DNA of 63,220 nt, counting the filler, from Octopus bimaculoides (taxonomy: Eukaryota): assembly GCF_001194135.2 (NCBI RefSeq). It is 4 parts of 4 records of this genome, joined end to end, with 100 filler letters (N's around TTAATTAATTAA, not from the genome) between each part and the next. Parts side by side here need not be neighbours in the genome. Positions count along the whole stretch, not along the records: positions 58,838 to 63,220 come from NC_069008.1; 3 more parts are not named here. The stretch is one strand, 5' to 3'. The notes under the pieces are model-generated. The model was not told the DNA's origin. It saw only the letters and a list, made by a program, of their open reading frames with translations, and did no database searches. Made by a program: the position numbers and the translations under genes. This document shows, piece after piece, positions 61,784 through 63,220 of the stretch (the first letter of the stretch is position 1; every line of letters begins with the position of its first letter).

Positions 61784-62567
61784 ACGCATACACATATTCT
61801 ATATTCCAGCATATATACACATATATATATACATATATATATATACATATATATATATATAAACTATATACAAATACATATATCCATGCANNNNNNNNNN
61901 NNNNNNNNNNNNNNNNNNNNNNNNNNNNNNNNNNNNNNNNNNNNNNNNNNNNNNNNNNNNNNNNNNNNNNNNNNNNNNNNNNNNNNNNNNNNNNNNNNNN
62001 NNNNNNNNNNNNNNNNNNNNNNNNNNNNNNNNNNNNNNNNNNNNNNNNNNNNNNNNNNNNNNNNNNNNNNNNNNNNNNNNNNNNNNNNNNNNNNNNNNNN
62101 NNNNNNNNNNNNNNNNNNNNNNNNNNNNNNNNNNNNNNNNNNNNNNNNNNNNNNNNNNNNNNNNNNNNNNNNNNNNNNNNNNNNNNNNNNNNNNNNNNNN
62201 NNNNNNNNNNNNNNNNNNNNNNNNNNNNNNNNNNNNNNNNNNNNNNNNNNNNNNNNNNNNNNNNNNNNNNNNNNNNNNNNNNNNNNNNNNNNNNNNNNNN
62301 NNNNNNNNNNNNNNNNNNNNNNNNNNNNNNNNNNNNNNNNNNNNNNNNNNNNNNNNNNNNNNNNNNNNNNNNNNNNNNNNNNNNNNNNNNNNNNNNNNNN
62401 NNNNNNNNNNNNNNNNNNNNNNNNNNNNNNNNNNNNNNNNNNNNNNNNNNNNNNNNNNNNNNNNNNNNNNNNNNNNNNNNNNNNNNNNNNNNNNNNNNNN
62501 NNNTATATATATATATATACATACATATCACGCGCGGAAAAGAAAGATGGACGATGGTCACGTGTGA

Positions 62568-62599
<32 letters not shown>

Positions 62600-62890
62600 T
62601 AAAGGAGAAAGTGGGAGAGAGAGACAGATTGGAAACGGTGAAGGGGAAAAAGGAATTAGAGAAAAGATGAGAGAAAAAAAAAACGAAAGGGGAAAACAGG
62701 GAGAAAAAAGAATTAGAGAAAGGAAGAGAGAAAACGAAAGGGGGAGAGAGAGTACAGTACAGGGTAGAGTCGCATCAAAATTATTAAGATAAACTTACTT
62801 GGTAATCTATGCGTAGCGTTCAATCATATAATAATATAAATAATATATACATACATAAATACACACACACACACACACACATACATATAT

Positions 62891-63220
62891 AGTGAAGGCG
62901 CATGGCTCAGTGGTTAGAGCGTCGATCTTACGATCGCGTGGTAGTGAGTTCGAATCCCGTACCGGGCTGCTTGTTGTGTTCTTGAGCAAGACACTTTATT
63001 TCACTTTGCTCCAGTTCACTCAGCTGTAGAAATAAGTTGCGACGTCACAGGTACCAAGCTGCATCGGCCCCTTTGCCTTTCCCTTGGATAACATCAGTGG
63101 TGTGGAGAGGGGAGGCCGGTATGCATGGGTGACTGCTGGTCTTCCATAAACAACCTTGCCCGGACTTAACTTTCTAGGTACAATCCCATGGTCAGTCATG
63201 ATCAAAGAGGGTCTCAGCAT
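62891..63220 (+). mobile_element. tRNA-derived SINE family C
   Basis: Pol III A-box TGGCTCAGTGG (62903-62913), B-box GTTCGAATCC (62948-62957), then TGTGTTCTTGAGCAAGACACTTT (V/CORE-like domain); no acceptor stem. Confidence 0.88.

Noticed and set aside
62799-62827. First coding exon of the VWA-like gene (donor GTAAGT at 62798)
   Set aside because: The nearby ATG frame reads MIERYA* and stops before the donor; no signal peptide.
62891-62967. Functional tRNA gene
   Set aside because: A and B boxes are present but there is no acceptor stem, and the sequence continues into a SINE body with a second copy at 61325.

Overview
AT-rich, repeat-dense eukaryotic genomic DNA from a gapped draft assembly. 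About 20 N-gaps total roughly 6.5-7 kb, and three of them carry an artificial TTAATTAATTAA spacer. The microsatellite load and tRNA-derived SINE families look like an octopus genome; this is inferred from recognised repeats, not from a search. Only one likely host gene is visible: two minus-strand coding exons (54897-54859 and 54195-53603) encoding a degenerate, glycosylation-rich VWA-like domain. There is also a previously unannotated RPL36 processed pseudogene (about 3112-2740). The rest is layered mobile DNA: an RTE LINE with a PHD-type zinc finger inside its reverse transcriptase, a CR1-like LINE scattered over about 7.4 kb, R4/Dong elements (one inside a TAA microsatellite), a Ty3/Gypsy element nested in a mariner, further mariner, Helitron, MULE-like and Chapaev-like relics, several MITEs or foldbacks, and three SINE families. 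Most long ORFs in the supplied track are artefacts of N-gaps and dinucleotide repeats. I found no clearly new biological system. The best leads are the PHD-in-RT LINE, the VWA gene, a pre-miRNA-sized hairpin between two CpG-rich promoter-like segments, a LINE/SINE shared 3' tail, and Penelope-type hammerhead relics.
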